Below, in pieces: positions 14,435 to 27,637 of a stretch of DNA of 64,000 bases (position 1 is its first letter; the number at the start of each line of letters is the position of its first letter). The DNA comes from Kondoa subrosea (taxonomy: Eukaryota). Below the pieces are notes generated by a model. It searched no databases and was not told the origin of the DNA. It was given only the letters and a program-made list of their open reading frames with translations. Where the stretch lies: the NCBI GenBank assembly GCA_039545335.1, contig BCIN01000002.1:757118-821117 (forward strand), written 5' to 3'. Both the position numbers and the translations under genes were made by a program.

Positions 14435-15880
14435 TCAGCCAATCAGAGCTGTGCACCCCTTCATCCATTCGCGGACTCTGAGTTCCGACAGGCCAGTAAA
14501 GGTAGAAGTGTTTGTTCCAACGAAAGCTGCTCCTCCAGCAAGAACGGCTTGATCTAGAACAGGAGGCCACCAACCATTCAAACCTTGCGTTGTAATCGTA
14601 CCAAAGTCGGTATGATTGATCACTCGCCAATTCCTCTCTTCAAGCATCCGGAAGAATTCCATATTTTCAGTTTCCTCCGTTGCTATCACCACTGGCATAG
14701 TACGATCCAGCATACACTCGGGCTTTGCATAAAGGCGGGTTAAAGCATCTTCAAACAATTGTATGTAGACTTTTGGATCACAGTTGACCCGTACGTCACA
14801 GAAATCTCCTCGACGCATATGCATTGCGATGTATGACTTTGGTGCTTTTGACTTATCCCACATATGTGCGAGAAGTTGCCTGACATGCCAAATTATTGCC
14901 TCAGAAGCGTTGGTGTATTACTTGTAGAAAGACTCACCTTGAAATACGATTCACTTCATCCGAGAAATGAAGTTGACCTAGCATTGGCGGATATGAACTT
15001 GGATCGTCTGATCGTTGGTTTTCTTTCTGCATAGTCAAGACAGGAAAGTCGAAGGTAGTACAGATTGCTAAAAGAGTAGGGTTGAAAGCTGGAATCGGTG
15101 CGAAATCTACAAGTTGCGAAGAGAAATCTCGAGAGAGGCTTTTCTGCCAGCTTGTGAATTTCTTTTTATCTAACATGAAAGTGCTTATATTGGAGAAAGT
15201 GGGATACAGTTCTGTCCGAGGTGGTAGAGGCATTTCACTCAAGCGGAATCCGGGAGTCGCCCATGGGAAGAAATGTTCGGGAGCTTTGAGGTGGAGATCC
15301 CAGCAACTTAGTTCTTCTGTTTGCAGCTTCGCTAAATCTTTATGTTGCGACAAGTCAAGATAATCCATGTGATCGGGCAATTTGAAGAACATGTCAAGAG
15401 GTTCGTATCCAGCAGGGGATGTTAAAGGATGAAACCGCGGATCAAGACGAGGTCTGCCACGAGCGGATGTCAGACTAGGAACCTTGTATCTGGCGAAGCC
15501 TACAAGATTGGTATACGATTTGTGGCCTGTGCAAGCTCCAACAGTCTAGCCAGACAAAGAAGCTGATTTGAAAAGCCACTGATTGGGAAGGAGATGATGT
15601 ATTTCTTGTCAGGCAGTAGATTATCTACTAGAAGTGGCCGCTCTGTCGACCATGGTAGAGCTAGAGGATAGTGAGAGGTTCTAGAAGATTTTGTACACCA
15701 CACTGTAACCAGGAAGAGCGCAACACTGATGGCGATCATAGACTTCCTCGACTTCGCTAGACTTTAGCAGAGAACCACACAAAGCATGGAGTGATGCCCA
15801 CCAAGCGAGACGGCCTTCTATCTGAATACGTTATTGCATTGCCAGCTTCGACGTCTTGCTCTTCCAGCAACGAATGCATT
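14435..15880 (-). CDS. O-fucosyltransferase-like (GT-B) type II membrane glycosyltransferase
   Basis: N-terminal TM helix, SGFSNQLL..A..TNRIPIL, YIAMHMRRGDF, IAT, LDQAVL..FVGTNTSTF. The 5' end is approximate. Confidence 0.8.
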
Positions 15881-16181
15881 TCATGACTTTTGAAGAAGTT
15901 CAGCTGGCAGTTCTTCTACAGATCATTGGTAGCGAACCTTGAGTAATCATGACTCTCCGCAGGCTTATGAGGCATACAGCAGCAATAAGCAGCAATCTAA
16001 AGTGGTAGTGCAGCGGAAACAAGGTACCGAAAGCCTAGGTCGATCAAGCGGGACCAGATACAGCTCCGGAGAGTATGTTTGCCAGCATTACACATCCGAG
16101 ACCCGTCATTTCTGCATGAGGCCTGACAATTCCATCTCAAATCAGATAGCATTTCATACTTCTCCCTGCTCATTTGAATGA

Positions 16182-17702
16182 CTACTCTTCGCCATCATCT
16201 TTCGGCATACACTACGCACAGAAGTTAGCACTAACTCAAGTGCGAGATCACGCAGCTTACCAAAAACTCCACAAAACCGTTCTCTACTGGTTGCTTATTC
16301 ACTCGTGTGTCATTCTTTGGCTTATAGACCGGCATTAAGAATTGCATCGAGAGCAGTCCTTCCGCATCAGTTCGTATCGACTGTCCAATCGTATCAGAAT
16401 GCGAAGGACGATGATGCATTGAGAGGGAGGACACACTGTTTTTGTGCTACTGTTTAACGCTTCTTTCAAATGCTTGAGATGCGAATACCCATAGCTGACA
16501 AGAACAAGTCAGTTAGGTAATACGTGCAAAGGGATGGGAGCGAACCTATTTCGTACATCCTTCTCGCATTCGAACACTTCTACCAAATCTCGATCGAAAG
16601 GAAAATCAATCTACCTAATCATCAAATCGAGTCTCTATGACGCGATACAGGGTGACTCACCTCACTGTTCCCTAGATTTCCACCTAGCGCTTCCATTCGA
16701 AAAGTAGGTTGAGCAGAAACTGATCCTTTGCCCTTTTTAGCCAATTTAGCTGAATTTGAAGGAAGGAAAGAGAAAGTTAATCGATCTGTTGAGGAATCAA
16801 CATCGTTTAAAGCATCTTTCAACCATTCAGACTTCATAATGAGTTTAGCTGATCGAGTAGAGTCGTCAAAAGGAAGTTGAATCATTTCTTCCGGGTCGTA
16901 AGTTTGAAGTTCACATCGAGTGACAGTACCTTCTTCTTCCAATCTGAATGAAATCTTCAGATGCGCTTTCAAAATGAAGTGTCCAAGCTTACAGGACGAT
17001 CAAAGGATGACCTTCTCCTGCATAAGTCATATGCATGGCAGTCGCCTTCCCACTCTTTTCAGGAGCTTTGTTCCTTTTCCAGCGTGAATTGTCTACCTCA
17101 TCATCATCTTCTTCTTCCTCATCTCCATCTTCTCCTCTATTTCTCTTGTAACCTTTTTTGAATTTGGAAGAAGATTTCGATTCTGATGGTACGCCAGCAT
17201 TACCAAAGATATCGAGACATTGCAAAAGTGTTTCGAGGTTGATTTCAAGACAGGTAGAAGTATCCGCTTCGTCTGATTGTGAAGGAGTGACGTTGGCTGC
17301 TGATGAACTTGGAATTGGAATTTCGTAACTGTAAAGTTGAAAGATACTGGATGGGAGATACGCTTGAGCTATTCGAGCAGATTTGAGTAGAGCACACGAA
17401 GTCAAGCGAAGGGATTGCACCTTGAACAGATCGACCTATCTCTACACAGATTCGAATGCCTTCTTCGGTAAAGAAGAACCAAGCCCGCTAGACGATACAA
17501 TGAGACAAGAAAAGCAGAAAGAGACACAAAAGAGAGTACAGGACTGAAAGAGACAGCTTTGAGCAAAGCAGAGATGGATCTGACATCCGAGAGTTCTGCT
17601 CTTGCAATCTGTGTACAAATTGTTTGGATCTCATTCTCAACCACTGTCTCCTGTCACCTGAGAAGGAGCTTGCCTCACTTCTCGTGCTGCTGCTGCTGCC
17701 AT
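16182..17702 (-). CDS. RAD1: 9-1-1 checkpoint clamp subunit Rad1/Rec1 (S. cerevisiae Rad17)
   Basis: AELSDVRSISALLKAVSF, QAYLPSSIF..Y, INLETLLQCLDIFG, YAGEGHPL, CELQTYDPE, IMKSEWLKDAL, SIRTDAEGLLSMQFL and VEFL/CMP. Confidence 0.92.
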
Positions 17703-17800
17703 CCCTTTTGTTCTAGAACCTTCTTCACCACGCTTCGAGGATCACTCAGCAGCTTGAAGCCAAAATCTGCTTCGACCCTTTCCGCAGACGTTCTCCTCCA

Positions 17801-18986
17801 ATGTTAAGCGATGACCCACGTGTAGAGGAGTTACAGAACCAGTTGAAGGAGCTGCGCGAGCAAGCAGAGAAAGCAAGGCAACGCTGTTCAGAGTCAACAT
17901 ACAATGACTAATATGTTTCGTTTCACGACAGGCTCAGGCTGCATCGGCTGCTCAGATTCAACAGCTGCGATCAGTCAGTACTTATTACACAATTCCGATC
18001 ACCTCTGATCTCTTTAGTATCATCGTAGTATCTCCATACCGCTCAAGAGAAAGCTCATGAACAGGAAATCAAGATCAATGAAGGAAAACGCTTAGCTGGT
18101 ACTCTCGCAACTGCACAAGCACAGATCGCGCAAGGTCTACGAGTTGTCGCTCAGCAAAAGAGCGAGATCTCAAAGCTGAAATGGGTCAGCACTTCGCTCA
18201 GCTGAATGTAAGACCGAAAGCTGAAGATCTTTATAGCACTTGGCTCAAAAGGACGAAGCGCTTGTCAATAGTCGATTGATATGCGCCGAATTGAAGGACA
18301 CAGTCTTGCATCGAACCGAAGAGTTAGCGGAATTGCAACGAGAAAGAGCAGAGAACCCTGTCACGGTACGCTCCTTCTTATCGCACACATCTGACATACC
18401 AATCTTTTCGGCAGGACGTCGAATTGCTAGCATCTTATACCAAACATCGAGCATTACTTGATACTCTCAATTCTTCAGCTTGTTGCGCAATGTGTTTCGA
18501 ACCCTTTCAACGAAACGATGCAGTCACGCTAGCATGTGGTCATACATGTGAGCTTCTCATTCCATTACTTTTCCCCATGAAGTTTCTGATTGGTAATGGA
18601 AGTCTGTAAACCGGATATTGATCGTTGGCATGATGCGAATATCAAGATGCAGATGGACCAACAAACTAACATCAGAAGACAAGATGTAGAAGGTGAGCTC
18701 ACCCAGTGATCTCTGCAGATGGAAGGCTGAGCGTCGTTCTGCTCAGCTTCCTGTCCTGAATGTAGAGGTGATGCTTCAAAAGCTGGAAGAGTCAGAGTAT
18801 TCCTGCTGGAGGAGTTGATTAGGTTGATTCAGAGGTACATTGTATGCTGTTACTTGATGCCAATGCTTACATGTCTCTAGATATGATCCTTTGGAGCTAC
18901 CTGGTCGGACGATAGAAGCAGCCGATATCAATATGGAAGAGGTCAAGAGACCAAGATCGCCTATGGCATACGAGCAACATATATAG
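17801..18986 (+). CDS. Coiled-coil plus RING-finger protein (putative E3 ligase)
   Basis: Coiled-coil exons, then CAMCFEPF...TLACGHT...C...CPECR. The first intron is GC-AG (17873-17931). Confidence 0.75.
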
Positions 18987-19348
18987 AGGTCTTTCTGTTG
19001 TAAATCGCTTCGCTTGTGAGACGTTCCGTCTGTTTTGTACGTTCTATGTGAGATTGATTAACATCAACTCGTGACCGCACAAGAGTCAGACTCCATCAAA
19101 AGAGATCTCAAGCGTGTACAGTAAAGTGACATGTAAAAGAAGCGATCATGAGATTACAAAAGACAGGATTTGGGACCCTCTTCAATGCTGTTCTACTCAC
19201 TGGGTATAAGGTACCCATTCACCGTTGGCCCTTCGTCGTGCACGCAGAACGCGCCACTCTCCGTTACTGTTCTGCACATGGCGCCAGCCAAGATTGGGAT
19301 TCTCCGCGTCAGCGGTCCACTCAATGTGAACTGTTATTTAACACAAAT

Positions 19349-20039
19349 TTAGTACGGATCTTCATCTTTTGAAGCGGAAAGATTACGTCTAGCGTGACCC
19401 TGTGGAGGCATGGGTCGATACAAAGGCAGGGTATTGCCAGGACCTGCTCCACCTGGGGAGGTAGGCTGCCCTTGTTGGGGACCGCTAGCATATGGCATAT
19501 TGGCCATAGGTCCAGAGACATTCGCCTGAGGACGACCAGCGGATCCGGTAGAGCGATAAGAAGGGTAAAAAGTACCTGTAGCGCGATGGGGTGATAGATC
19601 CAATGCAAGCAACAGGACGCTCACCACTGTTGTTAGCAGGAGTTGAATGAACAGACGAAGCTGAGGTCTGCGCCACTGTATTAGTATTGGGAGGCCAAAT
19701 GGACTGTATGCAATCTTTAGATCGACATCGCTGACGATTTCGACTACGTACATGCTTCAGATCCGAGATGAGCAAGATGATCTGATTGTAATTATGACGC
19801 TCCACTGATCCAGGCTTATTCGTGTTGATCCAGGTGCCAAGATCATCCAAGAACTCCCTCAGAAGATCATCTTTGGGTATGTCCGAAGGAAGGCCGCCTG
19901 ATTTCCAAGCAATCATAGCCCGGGCTGCAGGAGCGTAGATCGTATTGCTGCAACGAGCAGCCCCAGGAATATTGCGAGCTAGACTGTATGCGTACAGAGC
20001 CCATGCGAAGTTGGAAATAATGGGATCAGCGGAATTCAT
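19349..20039 (-). CDS. Orphan protein: helical N-terminal domain plus P/G/Q-rich tail
   Basis: ATG at 20039 with TATA-like TATAAG about 75 nt upstream. Two canonical introns (GTACGT..ACAG, GTGAGC..ACAG) join ORFs 19485-20039 and 19349-19753. The 3' end is uncertain. Confidence 0.55.
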
Positions 20040-20156
20040 CGCAATCGAGATGAGAGTTCAGAAGTATATGAGTTAAGAGGAAGAAGAAGAGCAATCACTA
20101 AAGAGAGCCTTCTTATAGCTGTCTAGAGTCCGTGGATGCCTATGCCTGTATTTAAT

Positions 20157-20219
20157 CCGTAGAGGCCGTTCGCCGGTCCGGCGAAATTACGGACATTAGC
20201 GGTTGATAGAGAACGGCCT
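20157..20219. promoter_or_regulatory. Nested inverted repeats rich in CGG/CCG triplets
   Basis: TTCGCCGG-T-CCGGCGAA at 20169-20185; AGGCCGTTC (20163) pairs with GAACGGCCT (20211); TCCGTA/TACGGA. Confidence 0.5.
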
Positions 20220-20504
20220 TGCAATCTACTGTCATCAGTATTGCTAGTGATCGCTTTGAGAGCGGAGATGAAGGAATGAAGAGAAAAGAGACCAAAATAA
20301 GTCGAAAGCCGAAGATTGCATCTCGAATTACTTTGTGTTTCTCAATGCTGGTCGCTTCAATAGAGGCTTGCAGACAAGCGAAGACATGCTACGCAAGCAA
20401 ACGCAGCAAGAGCAGGTGAAGCCAAATCCGGACGAAGACAAATTCGCTTCGGACGTAACGGATTGGAATAGGCGAATTGATCTACAATAAGCTTGTTGAA
20501 CTCC

Positions 20505-21528
20505 CTATATAGACCGCTGATCGCTTTCCTTGAGCTTTGCAGTCTGCAGTAATATAGAGCAGACTTTGCGATGCTCCTTCCAATGATTCTTTGCGCAGGT
20601 GGCGGAGCAGTATTGTAGTATTGTACAACAGCCAGATGACTTGTAGCTTCTGAACTTCTTCCCAGCGTCTTCGGCCAATTCACCTTGACCGCACTCGATG
20701 CAAACCAAGCATTGCCTTTCTGTAAACCTTATATACTTTTTGTCTTCGGGAATGACTTCAGCTGTAGTGTAGGACAATTTCGTGAGCCCATTCAGTTGCA
20801 TATGTTGCGCAAGTCTAGCCCATTCGCGAGGGTCTTGTACCACATCGAGGTCAAAGGGCAAACCGAGTAAAGAAAGCGTTTTCAGAGTCATCCGTTGTGT
20901 ATGAACACCTCCATCAACCTCTTCTGGCTTTGCACACGCTAATGATTCGACAAATTTCCTGTTGAGCTCTTTGAGAAGATTTGGAAGCTCGAGGAAGGCA
21001 GAAGAATAGGGTAGATTTCGAGGTTGAAATTCAGGCTCGACAATTTGCAGACGAGCAATGACAGCATGGAGCATCAGCATCGTTAGCTGTAGCATAAACC
21101 AGCGCGGCATGTTTGAACCACTTTTTGTCGCCAACAGCTCTCGTATTAACGCGAGAATGATAATCAAAAGAGCAGGGAAAGCCGATTTCAGCACGAAGAT
21201 GGGGACTTTGACAAAGTTGACGTAGTATTGTAAGCCCGTAGCTGTCATAAAGAATCTTCAGCTCCAATTCATGCGACGCCCAAAGGTCGGTCTCACTGAA
21301 ATGACAGCATGCGGCTAGCGAGCCAATGTCTGCCTCTAATACTGCCCAACAACTATCACTAACAATTCCAGCTCCCCAATTCTCGCGCGACAAATAACGG
21401 ACAGCTGCATTTTCTGCATCTCTAGCTAATTCGCACATGCTTTGGGAGAAAGAGTCCTGGAAGGCAGCCTCTTGCAACAAGATGAAGCTTTTGTCCTGCG
21501 GCGGTACCAAGGACTTGCTGAACAACAT
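20505..21528 (-). CDS. MYND zinc-finger protein
   Basis: C-terminal CIECG...YCSATCAKNHWKEHRKVC. A GTGAGA..GACAG intron joins ORFs 21031-21528 and 20505-21248. Confidence 0.8.
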
Positions 21529-21785
21529 ATCTTATCGGCGCCAATCGCGTTGTGCTGCCAGCTTCAGGTGATGCGCTGTTGCCATTCGTGTGATTGTTAT
21601 TCGGTCTGGATTCGGAGCAAAGTGCATGCTAGAAACCTCGGCTGTCATAGTTCGAGTGAGAGGAAGACGGAGAAAATCAACAAGCTCATGTCTGGATTCT
21701 TGGTGCAGACTTGCTGCAATATCTATATGCTCTATTGTATGTATTGTACAGTTTCCGTCGTCCGCTTGCAGTATCATGATATCGA

Positions 21786-24513
21786 TCAGAAGCGAGACAG
21801 ATCTCGACCACTGGTAGGACGTAAGGATGAGCGAGAAGCAAGGCAGACACGGTGCAGGACTCACAAGATGCCTCTTTTGCACCAATCGATCATGATGCTT
21901 AGCCGCGTTCTTGCTGATACTTGCATAGACCAATAGACAGATCGCCAGGCGTACCTAATATTCTGTTAGCACAGCCGATACAGAGGCGAGTTGGGCTCAC
22001 ATTGCTGCCAGACCACCCATCCAGCTACCAAGTCCATTATCGAAGTCGAAGACAGCGGAGCTATATCACTGATCAGAGGAGCGCGCTCAACTCACTGAAT
22101 GGACCTACTTTCCGATCTGAAAGCAAGCAGAGTCAGCAATAGCAACTAGATGGAGGGAACAACGTACATATGCTAAAGCGCCAAGGTTCTTGTATTCAAA
22201 AGGATTGCATAACAAATCTTCATCGTCCTTGACATCATTCTTTGCAAGTACTTCGTGATTGGCTGCAGCGACTTTGCTGAGCTTCTTGCCTAGGTATACA
22301 CCTTGCTGACTTGCAACTTGAGCGGTCTGTGAACGTTCCACCATGTATTAGCTTTGATGACAGCTGATGCATGGTGAATCTCACAGCTGGCAAAGCAGTC
22401 ATTTTGCTCGATACTTTCTGGAACATTACACTGTGCAGAAAGTCAGCTAACTTTCTTTGGAGAGCGGAAGAAGCTGACGCCAGTTCGTTGAGACCGAGTA
22501 TGCCGCTCTTATCAGCATCATACTCATCGAAGATATCCCTGTCGTTGATATCAGCAGATTTCACTCTGATGCAGATTCGTTGCGCACCTGATCTTCTCGA
22601 TATGGATCTGAGATGTTGGGAATTTCCTCTTCACCAAACCCAGCATCTTCTCAAACTCGTCATAATCGATCTGTCGAGATTAAGACACACAATCTCAGCG
22701 AAATTCTTTGACGCAGTAAAGACAGCCTACCTTTCCGTCATTATTCGTATCGCAATCGTCAACCAATTCCAGTAGATGGTCAGTCAAATTCGTTTCGATG
22801 GTTGACGCATCGCCAATAGCGTATAAAGTACCTAAAGGTGCTCCTTTAATTCTCAAATGCGAATCTACTTCAAGTGCATGTCGATGGTATTGATTAGGTA
22901 AGAGCGATGCAAGTTGAGTTGTAAAGGGTGACATAGCAATGCCAGTGGACCAAAGAGTGAAACCAGATGGAATAGTATGTTCTGCTGTTGAACCATCGTC
23001 GTGCTTGACAGTGTAAGTAACGGAAGTAGGCGTGACTTCTTTCACTCGAGCATTGACAATAGTTTCAATTCCGTTCTTATCGAATCTTGCTTCCGCGTAT
23101 TTTGAGATCTTTTCAGAGTAGGTATTCAAAATATGATCTCTTGATTGAATGACATGAACCGAAGCGTGTTTTCGCAAGTATTTCGGGAAGAAATCGAACA
23201 CGTCCTCGTTCACTGTCCTCAGTGTCAGCATACTGTGGCTCATTGATTACGTTTAGTATAAATCCACTTACTCATATCGTAGACTTCTGAAGCAAATTCA
23301 ACACCGGTCGGACCACCTCCACTGATCACAAAAGATAGCAGTCGCTTCCTCTCTTCATCAGAAGCAGTAGGTAAAGAAGCAGCTTCTAAATTGTCCATGA
23401 TCTTCTTGCGAATACCGACCACATCCTGGACTGTTTTCAGCTGATAGCAATGTTCTAGACCGGGCACGCCATGACTGCAGACATCGTGAATTATCAGCAG
23501 AGAGCCTACTATAGTCCAAGATGACCTACGTATTGGTGACTGAGCCGACAGAAACGATGAGTTTGGAGTATGGCAAGTAATAGTTCCCGTAAGGCGAAGA
23601 AATCTCGACTAATCGTTCGGACATGTCGATATCCACTGCAGTTCCTTGCAAATAGTGACCTCTGCTGAAAGTAAGCGAGAGACTCGCCGATCAAACGAAC
23701 ACAGCTAACCGAACTCGCTGTATCAATTTGCGCAAGGGTTCAACTAATGATCTGATTTCCACTGTGCCGACCGTTGCTGAAGGAAGAAGAGGTGTGAAGA
23801 GATTGTAGTTGTCCGCTATGATACTGATTTAGCGCTGATTTGGATAATACGAAAATTACTGACGCGAGACGACAGTGACGTGATATGCTCCTGGTTCTAG
23901 ATTTTTGAGTACTCCAACAGCTCCCCATCCTCCTCCTAGAATAACAAGCTTCTCTTTCTTGAGATTAGCTTTAGCATCTGCTGATTCTTCATCGTCGACC
24001 TAAAGAGCAGCGTCATTTATGCATTTATGCAATTCTGGAATAATTGGCGCCCTACTAGATAAGAAGCGATAGGCAGGTTTTTCTTGCCTCCTTTCTTTGG
24101 ATGTAGCGACAGAGGGTTGACGGGAACTCTGCCAATCGTGCGATCCGAGTACGTTGTCGCATCGTGAAGCAAGACACTACCGATCACCAGACCGCTGCCG
24201 ACTACAACAGACACAACACCACTCCATACGAGTCTGTTGCAGTAGCTCAATCAAATCGCCAGAACTTGTATAAAATGCTATCTTTGTATCAGGCTTACCT
24301 TATAATCGGGTGTTTGCCATGACCTGTCAATCTTCTGAGGATCCGTCTACCACGTCCAACTTTCTGTACTACAGCCTCTGCTGCAGCTTCCGTTGCAGAG
24401 TTTGTGGAAGCAAAGCGTTGTACTATGATTTGCGGTTTTCTAGGCCGAGATATGACTTGCAAGCGCCCGCCTTGCCTGGTCGAAAGCCGAACAACAGCAG
24501 TAGACGGTATCAT
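21786..24513 (-). CDS. Mitochondrial type II (alternative, external-type) NADH dehydrogenase with EF-hands
   Basis: Presequence-like N-terminus, [37 protein letters not shown]-hand loops DTNNDGK and [36 protein letters not shown] and GRDLSRF*. Confidence 0.93.
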
Positions 24514-24618
24514 CGAGGATCCGAGATATACAAATGTAGTGGCAGTCCGGAAGCAAAAAGACTTGAAATGATGAATTAGCGAATTACCTTAGCAACCTCT
24601 TTCGGTCACGAGCGAGTC

Positions 24619-26250
24619 ATGGTGGAGAAGAAATCAAGCAGCGGTGGACGCAAGCGAGGTGCCGAAGAGAATGATCAAGCTCCAGCACCTAAACAGACTA
24701 AGCTTGAAGCTCATGGCTTGAAAGCGGATTCACCTGAGATCGAAGCGATTGATCCACCTGAGCAACAAGAGAAGAAGGAGGAGAACAAGGAGATCGATGA
24801 AGAAGCAGACACTGTAGAGGAAACTGCTGCTGAAGATCTAAGCAAGACCAATGAACAACAGGCCGAAAGTAAGCAAGTCAAGGAATCCGCTTCCGAGGAC
24901 GTCAAAGCCGCCGAAGATGATCTGTAGGTCAGGTATAAGCCTATCGCATCGAGCTAAGTCTACCTCTGCAGAGAGAAACAAGATGAAGGTATTCCATACT
25001 GCTGCTTACGTAATCCAAATCTTTGACAAGCTTGCGCTTAGTCTTGGAATTTGGCCACGTCTACTTCTTCTACAAGCCAAAGGTCAGTTCTCTGCAGCAT
25101 TTATGTCTAATTGCTGTAAATTCGTAATTAGGTCGAAGTGGAAAACCCTTCATCCATCGATGTACGTTTGAAGCTTCCAAGTAACGCCGTCAATTCGCTT
25201 ATATCCATTTCTACCTGATATTACACAGGATGTAGCTCGTTTGCACATCTTACTCAAACCAGCTTCTGGTCAATCTCGATTAATCATCGGTCAGCCTTGC
25301 CTCTCTTCGTCTACCCTGGCTTATGCCTATATTGTAGTCGGTCGAAAGTATCTGCCTGACCCGGAAAGTCATCGACAACCAATCTGGGCATTCGTCAAGC
25401 AACTAGCAGATGATGCAGGGGATCTCTCTTCTCACTTAGAGAAAAGTTCCTACGAGACTAAAACAAGGGGTACGAGACATGTAGGAGAAGATCGTCTTAT
25501 CGGAGTGGTAATTTATCATCCTATACTGCTGACTACTTTGTCTTATGATAATGTCTGAAGGGACCTTATGCTATCGTTTATCATGAAGGAGAAAAAGTCA
25601 GCGATCGATCATCTCATTTGGCGTACGTGTTGGAAGCGCCTGCTGAAGTAGGAGAAGTTCAGACCGAGTTCAATTTGGCTCATGAAGGGTGGGTTGGACC
25701 TTTTTCTACTGAATTCGAATTGCTGGCTAAGCGATAAGTACAGGAGCTTCGGCTTGAGTGTACGGAATCCTAAGACGTGAGCTCGAATTTGCTGGCAGAG
25801 GTATAGCAATTGAAGACAGACTGACAGACCAGCTCCTCCTCAAGCTGGTCTCTCGACTCCGGCTGAATTTCCTGATGATTGTGAGTTTTACATGTAGCTC
25901 GGTATCTTGACGAAAATAACACTGTCTATCAGTAATCGATGCTTTCGAGACAAGACGCTGGAATCCGATCCTTGATATTCGCTACCTGAATTATGAGAAC
26001 TCTGGTCAGTTTTTACCCTGATATCTCAATATATGTGCTCATAGTTCTTGTAGAACTGTTACTAGTAAGCCATAAGCAAGAAGTAAAGGGAGGGAAAGAT
26101 ATCAAAGAAGATCTCGAAACACTTGCAGCTGAAGATGCGGAACATTTGAATCAGCGACCGGCTAAGACGGTCGCGCAACATCTTTACGAAGAGTTGCATC
26201 TAAAGAAGAGCCAAGTCGATGTGCAGACTATCACTGGCAATTGGGATTGA
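24619..26250 (+). CDS. Conserved hypothetical protein with an acidic N-terminus
   Basis: Spliced motifs GHVYFFYKPKV, RLIIVGRKYLP, YETKTRGTRH, HLAYVLEAP..GEVQTEFNL, SVRNP and YLNYEN.ELLL. From memory these match a widespread uncharacterised family. Confidence 0.75.
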
Positions 26251-26465
26251 TTCGCGCTGAAGAAGCAGAAGAAGATCGAATGTACACTAGCGAAGGATGA
26301 ACATGTAAGACTGCTTGATACTCTGCTGACAGCAGCCTTGCCTTCTGAGCACTTCCGAGGCGATGTCGCTTTCGAGTAACTCTCGAAATCTTGTTGATAC
26401 AAACAGCCGAATACCAGCTTCTGCCATATCCCAGCTCCGGTCATACCCTTTGCATAGCATTCCGC

Positions 26466-27578
26466 ATGTCGTCTTACCCGAAAGAGAAGCAACGCATGGA
26501 GGAGGAACCTCAGGCTCAGCTTGGCTTGCCGAACTATGAAGATGCTCAGATTCCATTGCACTCGTTTGCGCTACTCACGAGCTGCATAACGGGTCTCACT
26601 CCATCTGTACCAGTTGTGTCAGCTTGAACGGCAGCGATAAGCTCCGTCTCATGCGTCTTCCTGAATCTGTCAATCAGCGAATCAGGCAAGGTGTGCCCTG
26701 TAATGACGGCAGAGCCCGCATGCTTACTTGAATACAGCCATACTCGCTTCCTGGCAGAAGGGTATCCAGAAAGAAGAACCTTACGCAGATTGTTCGCGCA
26801 TTCGTTCTGCATGCCATGCTTGTTCCTAATTCATTCTGATAAGCCTGGCAATACAAGCTTCGCGGATACCCTTGGAACGGTCAAGGATCAGATGCGATCC
26901 CTTGTCGAGTCTTGATGCTCAACGTGTTGAAAACGCTTTATGAATCCGGTCATATCCTTTACTTGTCTACCGATTTGTCGAAAAGCGTATTCGATAAAGA
27001 TTCTCTTTTCTTTCGCTATTCACCAACTCCTCCACCTGCTATCTGGTTCTCTATATCGTTCAAGTGAGTCGAGGCAGCGCCGAAGAAGATGCATCTAATG
27101 TCTCAGTTAGCAAAGGCGATACCATACGCTTGATCGGAGTACGCGAGATTTTCACTGAAGCGCTACTAAGCTTATCGTCCGATATGTCAGGCACCTTCTC
27201 ATCTTATACCTCAATTCCGAATGCTTTTTGGGTCGCGAATTCAGAAAGAGACCGCTCGAGAATATAACACCACAGAATTTAAAATGCATGGATATGCATG
27301 GATGGCTACAGGTAAGCAGCTTACCTTGGTCAGAGTAATCTGCACGATGTGAAGCGTTGATCAGGCAAAGAAACTGTCGCTACCAAAGTTCTTGTATTGA
27401 CTATCTTGGATTTACTTGCTCAGAACTCCTTCAAGGTCTATGCGAGTATAGATATGTCGACAGCGGGCGGGGATAGCTCAACGAGTGAGGACTCAGCTTT
27501 ACTGACTGCTCTTATTGAACCATCTAATTTTCGTATATAGGCGGAGAATGCGATAGCTGGTTTCTTCATTCGGTCTAG
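26466..27578 (+). CDS. Uncharacterised protein with a two-repeat domain (mostly missed by the ORF track)
   Basis: Spliced: CVSLNGSDKLRLMRLP..AILASWQKGIQ..YKLRGYPW..STDLSKSVFDKDSLFF. Second repeat: WFSISF..GDTIRLIG..EFKMHGYAW..YASIDMS..CDSWF*. Confidence 0.75.
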
Positions 27579-27637
27579 TCTTCCATGAATTAAGACACAG
27601 GACAATTATGTCTGTATGAGCACAAAGACTGAGTATG

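Noticed and set aside
21228..21300. Apparent frameshift in the MYND gene
   Set aside because: It is resolved by a GTGAGA..GACAG intron of about 55 nt.
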